Below are positions 25,201 to 35,055 of a DNA stretch of 64,000 bases, piece after piece. Numbering within the stretch: position 1 is the first letter of the stretch; every line of letters begins with the position of its first letter. The DNA is taken from the IMG/VR virus record IMGVR_UViG_3300037297_000066, positions 310,001-374,000 of that record; one strand, 5' to 3'. A program made the translations under genes and the position numbers. A model generated the notes under the pieces. The model saw only the letters and a program-made list of their open reading frames with translations. It ran no database searches and had not been told where the DNA came from.

Positions 25201-26106
25201 GTGACTCTAGCCGCCAATCTCCGAACTCAAAGTTACCAGTATGGGTACCAGGTTGCCGAAGGCCGGTGGGTCTGGACTACCCAGGTAGATGTGACTTTGG
25301 CGTCTCCCGTCTACCGAATCACGAACATCGTCTCTCCCTACGGAATCCTTCGAGACACGATCCCCATTCCGGGAGAGGTCATCACGGCGATGAGTGATTC
25401 CATTGCCGAGATCCAGCAGCAGTTCCCACCGACCATCTTGCTGGGGCCTCCTACGTCTCTCACCTTTACAGTGGACGAGGGCCGGGGTTTCAGCCCGTCC
25501 CAGAACGTGGTGTTGACCAACACTGGGGTTTACGGGTCGTTGCTGGGCACCACTCTTGTAGCTTCGGCTTCTTACATCCTGGTGGACCCCGAGACGGTGG
25601 GGAACCTGTCCTTCAATGAGTCTGGGGCCTTTGATGTGTCTGTGGACTCCACAGACTTGTTGGCGGCGTCCAGTCCTTACGTTGGTAGCGTCACGGTCCA
25701 GGATGTTCACGCCACCAACAGTCCCCAACTGTTGCCGGTGAATATCATCGTGCGACCCAAGGCTGTCATTGATCTGTCTGTGCCTTCATTGAGTTTCTCG
25801 GTAGTGAAGCCTCTCACGGGTGTGTTCCCGCCGATTCCCTCCCAGGACTTCACGATCGAGAACATTGGGCCTTCTGGTTCTGTGCTGGACTACCAGGTAC
25901 AGAGGGTTGGCACAGCTTCACATACTTGGTTGACCAGTTTCTCTCCTGTCAGCGGTACTCTTGGTTCTGCCGAGACTGATATTGTCACTGTCAACGTAGC
26001 TCCTGATTCCAACTTGACGGCGGGGGTCTACACGGAGACTTTGCGTGTGAGTGGGTACAGTTCCAACTCCTATGTGGATTTGGAAGTGACCTTGACCATC
26101 ACCTGA
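25201..26106 (+). CDS. Virion protein with two Ig-like (BACON-like) domains
   Basis: Repeated pattern SLTFTV...QNVVLTNTG / SLSFSV...QDFTIENIG, WLTSFSPVSGTL, NLTAGVYTETLRV. Confidence 0.7.
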   Translation: MTLAANLRTQSYQYGYQVAEGRWVWTTQVDVTLASPVYRITNIVSPYGILRDTIPIPGEVITAMSDSIAEIQQQFPPTILLGPPTSLTFTVDEGRGFSPSQNVVLTNTGVYGSLLGTTLVASASYILVDPETVGNLSFNESGAFDVSVDSTDLLAASSPYVGSVTVQDVHATNSPQLLPVNIIVRPKAVIDLSVPSLSFSVVKPLTGVFPPIPSQDFTIENIGPSGSVLDYQVQRVGTASHTWLTSFSPVSGTLGSAETDIVTVNVAPDSNLTAGVYTETLRVSGYSSNSYVDLEVTLTIT

Positions 26107-26113
26107 GGCGATC

Positions 26114-26398
26114 ATGAAAGATTTTGATTTAGGTTCTGTGCAGAGTAGCAATGCTGGTCTCGATGCTTTTTTCGAGAACGAGCCGCAGGTGGTATCTCCT
26201 GTAGGAGCCGTCAAGCCCAAGACCTCTAGCATGATGCGGGTGGGCTCTCTGCAGCAGCTTCAGCCCTTCCAGCGGGTGTCTGCCGAGACCTTGGTGAACA
26301 AGTCCACTCAGGATTTGTGGGCTCTCCGTAAAAGCCAGAATGGGGAGTTCTTCATCGAGCGTCTGTTCGATGAAAAGGGGGCCCCTCTCAAGGGTTAA
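26114..26398 (+). CDS. Hypothetical virion-module protein
   Basis: 94 aa; GAGG upstream. Confidence 0.7.
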   Translation: MKDFDLGSVQSSNAGLDAFFENEPQVVSPVGAVKPKTSSMMRVGSLQQLQPFQRVSAETLVNKSTQDLWALRKSQNGEFFIERLFDEKGAPLKG

Positions 26399-26402
26399 GG
26401 GT

Positions 26403-28193
26403 ATGAGCCGCAAGACTTCGAATCTGTCCGACATTGCCCAAAGGGTGCGGTGTCGATACTTGTTGGCTGCTCAAGGGCTGGAAGGGGCTGACTTGAGCTC
26501 CACAAAAGGTTCAACCGATTCAGAAGGAACGGTCAGAACGGCATCTTTCCCCTTTCAGAAGCAGGATGGCCCTTCCGGCTCTCCTGCGGGCAACCAGAAG
26601 AGGGATATCCCCAAGGACCACCCCTTCGACCCCCGATCTCTAAAGCCTCTCAGCAAGGCTTTATGGGCCTCTAGTGTGGGTCTTGGGCACGCACTCACGG
26701 CCTACCGGTATCTGTCACGTCTCAAGAGTGCCACGATCAGTCCGGACGGCCTGTTGGGAGGGCGGGGGTACGTGATGCCCGTGTCCGAGATGCGCCGGAA
26801 GCTCTACGAGGCATGTGAAGCCCTGAGCAACCTCTCGGATACGCTGTATGACGAGATTTCCGCCCCGCACTGGAAGCCCCGTTTGGCTCAACTCGACGAG
26901 AATACGGCTGAGGATGTGGAGCGCTTCGTCGAAGAGTCTCAGCAAGTGCTGGATAACCCTGAAGAGGGTGCTGAGGACAAGATCAAGGAGATCGAGGAGG
27001 AAAACGACGGTAACTCTGAGACTTCTAAGGAAAAGTCTTCTCAGTTGCCGGAAGCGGGGCAGGACTCGTCGCTTTCTGCTGAAATGGCTCCGCAGGAGAA
27101 GGAGGCCCGCCTTCGAGGGGTCCCAAAGCTCGTTGCCTATCTGGATGACCATCAAGGGTTTTCCAAGAAGGGCGCTCTGGTCACCATGGAGCAGCTTTTG
27201 GCGTGGAGCGAGGATGATTCTGTACCTCGTGTAGACAACAGGGATCCTGGTGAGGGACAAGGGCCTTTCGGTTCCTTCAACAAAGACGAGCCTCTTGTTT
27301 CTGACGAGTGGGGGCAGCAACAGGGAGGGCGGTTCGATGATGACTATGACTACCCTTCTGAGTGGGAAAATGACCTGCGGATGGCAGGGATGCTGGTCTA
27401 TCTCAATGACGGCACTCCTGTAGACCCTACGGATCTTCCTTCTGGTGTGCCCTCCAACTCTGTGCCTTTGACTGAAGTTCAGGAGCGTCTTGGTCAATTG
27501 GCCGGTGTGGTAGAGGTGCAAGCTTCTGAAGGACCTAGCACCCTGGCCGAGATCAAAGAACAGTTTGGGGTGGATGTTAGCCCTATCAGGTTTTCTCAGT
27601 CGGTGATGCCGGAAGACTCTACGCCTACTGAAGCTTGGGACTATGGGTTGGGGTATGGTGCCCGCGGACAAGGCGTCTTGGAGATGGAAGTTCCGGGACC
27701 TCAATCCGAGCTCCCTTCGTCTGCAGCGCCTGAATGGGGTTCTGGGGGGGATGCCGTAGATGTGTCTCTGAATGAGCGTCGTGGGCAAGGTCGTGGGCAA
27801 GGGGGTTACGGTCGTGGACAAGGTCCTGGAAGGGGCCAAGGACCTGGCTGTACAGAGGAAGGGCCAGGTCAAGGTCAAGGTGTTGGTCAGGGACAACGCC
27901 AGCGTATGCGTAAACGGGATCCCTCCAACTGCCCTCGTCTTGAATCCACCTTACCAGGAGACGGTCAGCCTCCTGTTGCCCGATCGGACTACTATTATGG
28001 TCCTGGCGGGGGTCCTACTCTGTCAGAGTCAGGGCTGCCTTCAGAAGCAACTCCGGTAGAGGACTTCGATACCGGGCTTCTCGATACATCGTATAAGTCG
28101 GAAGATGTAGAAACCCCTTACGTGCGTTTCGAAGACTCCTTCAGTGGGTACCGAGACGATCCGTTCCACGACTGGCCGCAAAAGGATGCGTGA
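26403..28193 (+). CDS. Large acidic low-complexity head-associated protein with GQG repeats
   Basis: ATG 26403; helical core (aa ~70-200), acidic linkers, GRGQGRGQG... tract near 27779-27900. Confidence 0.75.
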   Translation: MSRKTSNLSDIAQRVRCRYLLAAQGLEGADLSSTKGSTDSEGTVRTASFPFQKQDGPSGSPAGNQKRDIPKDHPFDPRSLKPLSKALWASSVGLGHALTAYRYLSRLKSATISPDGLLGGRGYVMPVSEMRRKLYEACEALSNLSDTLYDEISAPHWKPRLAQLDENTAEDVERFVEESQQVLDNPEEGAEDKIKEIEEENDGNSETSKEKSSQLPEAGQDSSLSAEMAPQEKEARLRGVPKLVAYLDDHQGFSKKGALVTMEQLLAWSEDDSVPRVDNRDPGEGQGPFGSFNKDEPLVSDEWGQQQGGRFDDDYDYPSEWENDLRMAGMLVYLNDGTPVDPTDLPSGVPSNSVPLTEVQERLGQLAGVVEVQASEGPSTLAEIKEQFGVDVSPIRFSQSVMPEDSTPTEAWDYGLGYGARGQGVLEMEVPGPQSELPSSAAPEWGSGGDAVDVSLNERRGQGRGQGGYGRGQGPGRGQGPGCTEEGPGQGQGVGQGQRQRMRKRDPSNCPRLESTLPGDGQPPVARSDYYYGPGGGPTLSESGLPSEATPVEDFDTGLLDTSYKSEDVETPYVRFEDSFSGYRDDPFHDWPQKDA

Positions 28194-29857
28194 TGTCTGA
28201 TCTAGGCGATATCAGCAAGTTCATCGAAGGTTCGGTGCCCAACCTGGATTGGTTGGAAGTCGATGATAGGGATTACCAAGCCCTGGATCGGTTGCCCAAA
28301 CAGAACTTGGACATTCTTCCCGACTTGGAGGAGGCATGGAGCCACGGGGACGCTCCTCTCCATGGCAATTTGGAGCCTAACACTGGAGAATCTTTGACCA
28401 TGCTCGATGTTGGTCGAAGGGGCCCCAAAATGGCCACTGTCAAGGAGATTGCCAGGGTTGCTGTGAAGGCTTTGAACGAGTCTTCCAGCGTGCCCGCCAT
28501 GGTTAAGCTGCTTGCTAGTGCGTTTGATCAGACCTCCCTGCAGGCAGCTCATCCTGTGCTTAAGCGGGTAGTGGCGTCGTTTCGTCAACACCAGAAGCAG
28601 GCGGCCACCAAAGCCCCGGGGGAGTTCTCAGGGCAGCGTCAGACGGTGGCCAAGAAGGAAGCTTCATCCAAGGAGCAGGTGCAGCAGGGCTTGGAGGCCG
28701 TGTCCAAAACGGCTGCCGACGAATCCAAGAAGCAGCAGTGGAAGGTTGCGGCTGAGAAGGCTGCTCCAGTTGTGGCTCTGCTCCGTCGGGAAATGCTCAA
28801 GGGGCGTTCGGCCTCGGACATTCTGAAGGCTCTGAAGATGTCTTTTGATGTCCGAGATCTGCAGGCTACTCGGGAGCATTGGGAGCCTCTGTTCCGTAAG
28901 GTAGGGCTTTACGGGGTGGTATACTCTAGTCAGGATTCGTTCCCAACCTGTCCTGAGGGAGCAGACTTCTTGGCCAAGCACGCTTCCTCGGTGAAGGGAA
29001 TTGTAGCTGGCGACAAGTGCGGCTCTTGCATCTTCAGCCAGGTCGGTCGCTGCATGATGTATGGCCGCCGACTAGTGGCTAAGGAGGGAGATCTCATCAC
29101 AGCAGAGATGGTTCAGGCTTTGTTGGACGAGCATAAGCTCTCTGGTCGTCTGCCCCACGACTTCCAACCTACCGGGGAGACGTTGGAAGAGAATCTGAAG
29201 GCTATTCATGAGGCGGCCATGTCTCCCAAGCCTTCTGCTGCACTCAATCTTCGGAGTACCGTCGAGCGGGCTTTCACAGGAGCCACCCGTCAGCACAAGA
29301 CGAGTTCTATGACCGTCAGGGAAGTGGTGAAGACAGCTTGTCAGTACATGAACGAAGGTTTGTATGGCCGAGAACTGTTGGCCGTGCTCAAGTCTCGATT
29401 CGAAGAGCGAGACATTCAGGCATCCGTTCCCGAACTGAAGCAGGTCTTGGCAGAACAAGGGTTGCAGGGCTACAAGTTCGTCGATCCTACGGTCTACGAC
29501 GACTATGGTAAAGGCTGCAAAGTTGCTGCTCGAAAGTTCCGTACCAAGACGGCGGTGCAGTATCTCAAGGTGGGTAGCAAGTGCAATTCTTGTGTCCATC
29601 AAACTAGTCCGGGCTTCTGTTCTGTCATCCACAAGCAGCTCGTGGTGGAGCCCCCATACGTAGACAAGGCGGCAGAGCAGAAAGCCATCTTGAGTTCTGG
29701 ATCTGCTATAGATGTTCCCCTTGGCAACCTGGTCAACAGTGGGTTGAGCATGTTGCAAGAGTACCAACTGCAACAGTCCGGAGACGTTGATCTGAACCCC
29801 GAAGCTCCTTCGATGGAGGTGTCCGTAGAGTTGGGTACGTCCGAAGTGAAGCTCTAG
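28190..29857 (+). CDS. Protein with a duplicated Cys4 domain
   Basis: Two copies of a helical + G(L)Y/QG + C-x21/22-C-x2-C-x7/8-C unit and a partial third copy at the N-terminus. Confidence 0.8.
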   Translation: MMSDLGDISKFIEGSVPNLDWLEVDDRDYQALDRLPKQNLDILPDLEEAWSHGDAPLHGNLEPNTGESLTMLDVGRRGPKMATVKEIARVAVKALNESSSVPAMVKLLASAFDQTSLQAAHPVLKRVVASFRQHQKQAATKAPGEFSGQRQTVAKKEASSKEQVQQGLEAVSKTAADESKKQQWKVAAEKAAPVVALLRREMLKGRSASDILKALKMSFDVRDLQATREHWEPLFRKVGLYGVVYSSQDSFPTCPEGADFLAKHASSVKGIVAGDKCGSCIFSQVGRCMMYGRRLVAKEGDLITAEMVQALLDEHKLSGRLPHDFQPTGETLEENLKAIHEAAMSPKPSAALNLRSTVERAFTGATRQHKTSSMTVREVVKTACQYMNEGLYGRELLAVLKSRFEERDIQASVPELKQVLAEQGLQGYKFVDPTVYDDYGKGCKVAARKFRTKTAVQYLKVGSKCNSCVHQTSPGFCSVIHKQLVVEPPYVDKAAEQKAILSSGSAIDVPLGNLVNSGLSMLQEYQLQQSGDVDLNPEAPSMEVSVELGTSEVKL

Positions 29858-29870
29858 AAAGAGAGCTAGT

Positions 29871-30440
29871 ATGTCTGACGAGAAAACTGAGAAACCTGGG
29901 GCCCAGATTGTGCCCATCCACTCAGCCACAGCCACTGAGAGGCCAACCGTAAAGCGGGGCAAAGGACGTCCGAAGAAGGTAGTCCTCAAGCCTTCTCGAG
30001 AGGACCTAGAGTACCATGCTGAGATGGCTCAGGAGCGTGAGAGGTTTGTGGATCTCGACGCTGTGGTACAGGACTGTAAGGATGGAAAGGACACTCTAGA
30101 GCGTCTTCGAAGCCTTCAGTTGCAGATGGCCCGGGAAGCGGCGGCTTTGCAGTTCACTCGGCTGGAACAAGAGAAGTACGGCAAAGAAACGGCTCAGATT
30201 TCTACTCGACGTCTCAACGCCCTCAAGCTCGTTGCGGACATCGAGTTGGAGATCAAGAAGTTGGGGACCAATGTTCTGGACTTGCATAGTGAGAAAGTCC
30301 AGAAGCTCTTCCAGTTGTGGATCGAGTTCATCAAGGAAGCTGCCTCTCCTCTTCCTCCCGAACAGTCCGATCTGTTCTTCAATCGGCTGGAGAATCTGAT
30401 GAGCGACTGGGAGGAAAAGGCATCTGAGGTTCTCCGGTAA
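29871..30440 (+). CDS. Probable terminase small subunit (positional)
   Basis: Helical 189-aa protein immediately upstream of TerL; KRGKGRPKK basic motif. Confidence 0.5.
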   Translation: MSDEKTEKPGAQIVPIHSATATERPTVKRGKGRPKKVVLKPSREDLEYHAEMAQERERFVDLDAVVQDCKDGKDTLERLRSLQLQMAREAAALQFTRLEQEKYGKETAQISTRRLNALKLVADIELEIKKLGTNVLDLHSEKVQKLFQLWIEFIKEAASPLPPEQSDLFFNRLENLMSDWEEKASEVLR

Positions 30441-30448
30441 GGAGTACT

Positions 30449-32449
30449 TTGGCTTCTCCCAGCAACAAAGGCGTAGCCTCTATGATTCGCCAGGCGAATC
30501 GAGAGGTGAAACGCAATCAGAAGGATGTTGTTCAGACCGAGAGAGACGGTCGTAGCCGCACCTTCAGTGTTCTGGACTACATCGAACAGCCCTGGGGCCT
30601 CAACATGAGGTTGTTTCCAGCGCAAAGGTTCTTGGTCAAGCTCTACTACAACATCCCTTTGGACACAGCGCTGCCTGAGCGTCCTGAGTCTCGTATTCAG
30701 ATCCCGGACATGTTTGCTACTCGGATCCTCTACGAGTTCAGCGAGCGTCAGTATTTGAGCTACCTGTTTAATGAGGGGCGCTGCAACGTCGGGAAACAAG
30801 ACCTAGAGCATGATCGTAGGGAGTTGATCCTTGCCATCGGTAGAAGGGCGGGAAAGACAACTTTATCAGGTATTTTCGCTAGTTACGAGGTTTACCGGCT
30901 GCTCAATCTCTACAACCCTCAGGAGTACTACGGGCTTCCCAACGGCAATCGAATCCAGATCATCTCGGTAGCTACGGACAAGGATCAGGCGGGGCTGCTC
31001 TACAACGAGGTGAGCACACACTTGGCCAAGTGCGAGTACTTCAAACCCTACATGAGCAACTTCACTCAGTCTAGGGTGGACTTCCGGACGCCTTATGACA
31101 TCGAGAAGTTTGGGGTCAACACCTGGCACGAAAACGGTCGCTTCGTTTCTCAGCAAGGCAAAGCCACGCTTCGGGTGACCTTCAAGAGCTGTATCGCCAA
31201 GGGTCTCAGAGGCTCTGGAAACGTGGTTGTGATCTTGGATGAGATCGCCCACTTCCAGGACAAAGGCAACAGCTCGGCGAAAGAGATCTACGATGCAGTG
31301 ACTCCTTCGACCGCTGCCTTTTCCCGAAAGGATCCGGAGACGGGGCTACCTGCAGTGGACCCTGAATCGGGAGACAAGGCTCCTGTTGAGGCTAGGGTTA
31401 TCCTCATCTCCTCTCCGTTGGGTAGGTCAGGGAAGTTCTTTGAGCTGTTCGATCTAGCCATGCACGGGGGTGAAGGCTCTGAGAACCTGTTGGCGATTCA
31501 AGCTCCCACTTGGGAGATCAACCCAACAATCCCGACCTCCTACTACAAGGAGAAGTATCACGCTGACCCTCAGGTTTTCTCGGTCGAGCACGGAGCTCAG
31601 TTCTCGGATCAAACCAAGGGTTGGATCGAGCGTGAGGGGGATATCCAAGACTGTATTCGTTCAGAGCTTCGTCCCCAGCAGCAAGCTCGTCCCAAGATGC
31701 CTCACCAGATGGGCATTGACGTTGGATTGGTAGGGGACGGAACGGGTATCGTCATCACGCACATAGAAGACGACAAAGTCGTGTTGGACTACCACGAGGT
31801 TTGGTATGCGGGGGTGGATTGGCGAGAAAGCAACCCCCATTTAGGCAACCTTTACCCTACCGACTATGCAAAGGTCCTTGGGGATCTTGAGCGTTTGGAC
31901 TTCGATGAGATCGCCAACTGGATAGTGGCTTTGTCCAAACGCTTCCACATTGTGCAGGGGTTGTTTGACCGTTGGAATGGTATCCCTCTTGAGCAGACTC
32001 TCCACAAGCGGGGCTTCAAGCAGTTCAAGGCTGAGTTCTTCACTCGGGACACGACCAGCAAGATCTACCAGACGGCCAAGATGTTGATGTTGGATGAGCG
32101 CCTGGTACTCTATGACTGGCCGATACCAGAGCAGGGGGCTGTAAAGCACTCAGGGCTCATAGCGGAGCTTCTGGCTTTGCAGGCTCGGCAGATTTCCAAG
32201 AATTTGGTGTTGGTGGAGGCCCCTGTGAAACGGGGCGCCCATGACGACCTGAGTGACGCCTTTGTACGCAGTGTTTGGCTATCTGTGGAGCAAATGCTCA
32301 ATCAGAAGCATACGGCCCACGGGGGAGTCTACCGTCCCCATGTGGCCAGTAGCATGACTTCCCAGCGGTATCAGGCTATGCGGATGAGAAAGCATGGAGT
32401 TCCAAGCAGGATGCCTGGCAGGGTTCGGCAGCGCTTTGGGGTTAGGTAG
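30449..32449 (+). CDS. terL: Terminase large subunit
   Basis: IGRRAGKTT Walker A, VVILDEIAHF Walker B, ISSP coupling motif, nuclease MGIDVG...DGTG, HDDLSDAFV. Confidence 0.92.
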   Translation: MASPSNKGVASMIRQANREVKRNQKDVVQTERDGRSRTFSVLDYIEQPWGLNMRLFPAQRFLVKLYYNIPLDTALPERPESRIQIPDMFATRILYEFSERQYLSYLFNEGRCNVGKQDLEHDRRELILAIGRRAGKTTLSGIFASYEVYRLLNLYNPQEYYGLPNGNRIQIISVATDKDQAGLLYNEVSTHLAKCEYFKPYMSNFTQSRVDFRTPYDIEKFGVNTWHENGRFVSQQGKATLRVTFKSCIAKGLRGSGNVVVILDEIAHFQDKGNSSAKEIYDAVTPSTAAFSRKDPETGLPAVDPESGDKAPVEARVILISSPLGRSGKFFELFDLAMHGGEGSENLLAIQAPTWEINPTIPTSYYKEKYHADPQVFSVEHGAQFSDQTKGWIEREGDIQDCIRSELRPQQQARPKMPHQMGIDVGLVGDGTGIVITHIEDDKVVLDYHEVWYAGVDWRESNPHLGNLYPTDYAKVLGDLERLDFDEIANWIVALSKRFHIVQGLFDRWNGIPLEQTLHKRGFKQFKAEFFTRDTTSKIYQTAKMLMLDERLVLYDWPIPEQGAVKHSGLIAELLALQARQISKNLVLVEAPVKRGAHDDLSDAFVRSVWLSVEQMLNQKHTAHGGVYRPHVASSMTSQRYQAMRMRKHGVPSRMPGRVRQRFGVR

Positions 32450-32451
32450 TT

Positions 32452-32697
32452 ATGGACGACTTTCCCAAAACACCGCTGGTTTTTGCCAATAAGGTGATTC
32501 AGCAGCTGATTGATCACGTGGTGGGGGACGACTACATAGTGACCAATGGGGACTACCTGACTATCCGAATTGCATTTCGGAATGGTGGAGGCCGGTGGCT
32601 TAAGGTAGCTTTGGGGGATATCATTCACAGTCGATTGTTGACCAATATCGTTGTTGCCTGGGGTAAGATGCCCTGTCGGCAGAAAAAGCCTTTTTGA
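32452..32697 (+). CDS. Hypothetical protein
   Basis: 81-aa ORF with AGGT upstream. Confidence 0.55.
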   Translation: MDDFPKTPLVFANKVIQQLIDHVVGDDYIVTNGDYLTIRIAFRNGGGRWLKVALGDIIHSRLLTNIVVAWGKMPCRQKKPF

Positions 32698-32726
32698 GAA
32701 ACAACTTCTAATCCCCCTAGATTCGA

Positions 32727-33203
32727 ATGCCTGAACTGACTGCTAAACAAGAGGCTTTGCTCCAAGAGGAGTTACAGCGTATTGAGGCTGAACGATCCAG
32801 AGCGGCTGAGGCAGCTCGGCATCAAGGGAAGTCGGTAGAAGACGTGATCTTCCAGATTCAGGCAACTCGGGGAGAGCTGGAAGAGAAGGCCGCTCGTTTG
32901 CAAGAGTTGGCAACTCGGCTTCGTTCGGAAATCCGCAATGCGGCTGACTTGGAAGGCATTCGTCACTACACAACGTTCAACAACGCCCACCTTCGATTGG
33001 CTGGGGCTGTCTTTCAGGCAGTACGCCGAACAGTGTCAACGGACCGGCTTTTGACAGCAGCCAAAGCAGACCAGGAAGACGCTCAACGACGGGATGCTAG
33101 GGAGCGTCAGTATCAGGAGGCCCGGGTTCGTCAAAAGGCTGTAGAGCGTCTTCAGATTCCTCAGGAAGACGACTTTGAATCTATCTACGGAGAGCTAGTC
33201 TGA
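32727..33203 (+). CDS. Coiled-coil hypothetical protein
   Basis: 158 aa, helical; stop overlaps the portal ATG. Confidence 0.7.
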   Translation: MPELTAKQEALLQEELQRIEAERSRAAEAARHQGKSVEDVIFQIQATRGELEEKAARLQELATRLRSEIRNAADLEGIRHYTTFNNAHLRLAGAVFQAVRRTVSTDRLLTAAKADQEDAQRRDARERQYQEARVRQKAVERLQIPQEDDFESIYGELV

Positions 33204-35029
33204 TGCCTGACTACTTTTCCAACACTCCAGAACCTTCCTATATCGCGAGGACGTCGGTACGAACTACTCGTCCGTACGTTTCAGGGGGATACCACACTCA
33301 GCTGACGGCCCGTGAGCGTTTGGCTCGTGAGCAGCAGAAACTGGCTAGTTGTGGTTCTTTTGGGGGAGCTGTTGGAGGGATGGGTTACTCAGGGGGAGCT
33401 GCTGGTGGTTTCGGCAACACCATCATGTCGGGGTCGGACAACTTCTTCTCGGTCCAGCTTTCGACTGACTTTCTAGAGCTCCCACAGACACTTAGAGAGA
33501 AGCGGGAGATCTACCGCCACTTCTACAACTCTGATGAACTGGTGGGACAGGCCATTGACTTGCATACGGAACTTCCGTTGAGCAAGGTTCGGTTGGCTCC
33601 TCCCAAAGCTCGGACGGCTCCTGAAGGGTTCAAGGATCCTCACGACTACAGTCGCTACATCCTGTCTAGATTCGAAAGGATGTGTAAGAGGACGAAGCTC
33701 TTTCAGCGCCTCGTCACAGTAGTCCACCACTATTGGTTGGATGGGGGCGCCGTGGTGTTTGCGGAGGACAGTGCTGTCCCTATCCCCGATAACGTTGGTT
33801 TTGATGAGACTGTGGTAAAGCAAGCTGTTCTCACAGAGTCAGGGGAGGCTCTTGAGGTTCCTAAAAAGACTTTGGTAGCCCGAGCAGACAAGGAAGAACA
33901 AGAGCTAGCCTACTACCAGAGACACTACAGTGGTTGGGCTAAGCTCATTGTGATTCCATTGGATCGAGTGAAGGTCACTACGGCAGACTTCACAGAGAAG
34001 GTTAGGATTGAGCTCATTCCTAGCAATCGGACTAGAAAGCTGGTGCAGGATGCTCAGATGGGTAATCCTGAGGCTGAGCAGATGGTCCGGGACATCCCTG
34101 AAGAGGTGCGGAGTCACATCGAGAACGGGAACCTGATTCCTCTTGGTACGAATCCTGACGAGGGTAGTTTTGCGGTCATGGTCACGGCGGACAAGAGCGC
34201 CGAGCCCCACCTGGGTCGGAGCATTCTTGACCGTTGCTTACGGACTCTCTACTTCCGAGAAAAGCTTCGCCAGGCTCAGACCAGCATTGCTTCTCGGGCG
34301 ATGACCCCCAAGCGTATTGTGTGGGCGGAAGGGCTTTCTGACGCTGATACAGACGATCTTCGGGAGCAGGTGGACCTGGCTCTGGTGGATCCTGACTACA
34401 GCATCGTTGCGAACTACGAGATTCGTTGGGAAGAGATGGGGGCTCGGGACCGCCTTCTGGATCTTTCCTCGGAGTATGAGAACACCCAGCGTCTGTTGAT
34501 CTCTGGCTTGGGTGTGACCGAGAGTCTGATGAGTGGGGAGTCTCTTTACTCCGGGGATCGCCTCAAGCTAGAAGTCATCAACCAACGCTACCTGTACCTT
34601 AGAGAGGTTCTGCAGGACTTCGTGGAAGAGTCCTTGTTCAAGCCGGTGGCTCGACGTATGGGGTTCGTTGAGACTGATGAGTGGGGCCAAGAGGTAGTTC
34701 TCTTCCCCCGTCTCAGCTTCACCCGACTACCCCTTCGAGACAGCCAGGATACTTTTGATGCCCTCTTCAACCTCTACCAGAAGGGTTCGATCAGTATTGA
34801 CCTCATTCTGGAGATGTTGAATATCGATCCTGAAGATACCCGGGCCAAGATTGAAAAAGACTTGTTCACGGTCAACGATGCCCTCTTCAACGAGGTCATG
34901 CGTAGCGTCTACTCTGAGGTGGGCCGTGCTTTGGCCGAGAAGACGGATTTGGTAGAGAAGATCGCTGCTTACCTCAAATTGGACATGACCAAGGGTGGTG
35001 AGGACGAAGGTGGCGGGGGTAGGTATTGA
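33203..35029 (+). CDS. Portal protein
   Basis: 608 aa between TerL and protease; YRHFY...LVGQAIDLHTELP, YWLDG, GRSILDRC, GLGVTESLMSGE, VLQDFVEESLFKPVA. Confidence 0.8.
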   Translation: MPDYFSNTPEPSYIARTSVRTTRPYVSGGYHTQLTARERLAREQQKLASCGSFGGAVGGMGYSGGAAGGFGNTIMSGSDNFFSVQLSTDFLELPQTLREKREIYRHFYNSDELVGQAIDLHTELPLSKVRLAPPKARTAPEGFKDPHDYSRYILSRFERMCKRTKLFQRLVTVVHHYWLDGGAVVFAEDSAVPIPDNVGFDETVVKQAVLTESGEALEVPKKTLVARADKEEQELAYYQRHYSGWAKLIVIPLDRVKVTTADFTEKVRIELIPSNRTRKLVQDAQMGNPEAEQMVRDIPEEVRSHIENGNLIPLGTNPDEGSFAVMVTADKSAEPHLGRSILDRCLRTLYFREKLRQAQTSIASRAMTPKRIVWAEGLSDADTDDLREQVDLALVDPDYSIVANYEIRWEEMGARDRLLDLSSEYENTQRLLISGLGVTESLMSGESLYSGDRLKLEVINQRYLYLREVLQDFVEESLFKPVARRMGFVETDEWGQEVVLFPRLSFTRLPLRDSQDTFDALFNLYQKGSISIDLILEMLNIDPEDTRAKIEKDLFTVNDALFNEVMRSVYSEVGRALAEKTDLVEKIAAYLKLDMTKGGEDEGGGGRY

Positions 35030-35055
35030 ATTTCTGTCGATGCTTTCCCTAAAGC

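Noticed and set aside
2553-32449. Inteins or introns in nrdJ, ligA, recA, dnaX, terL
   Set aside because: Lengths are near normal, and no intein terminal motifs or LAGLIDADG/HNH inserts were recognised
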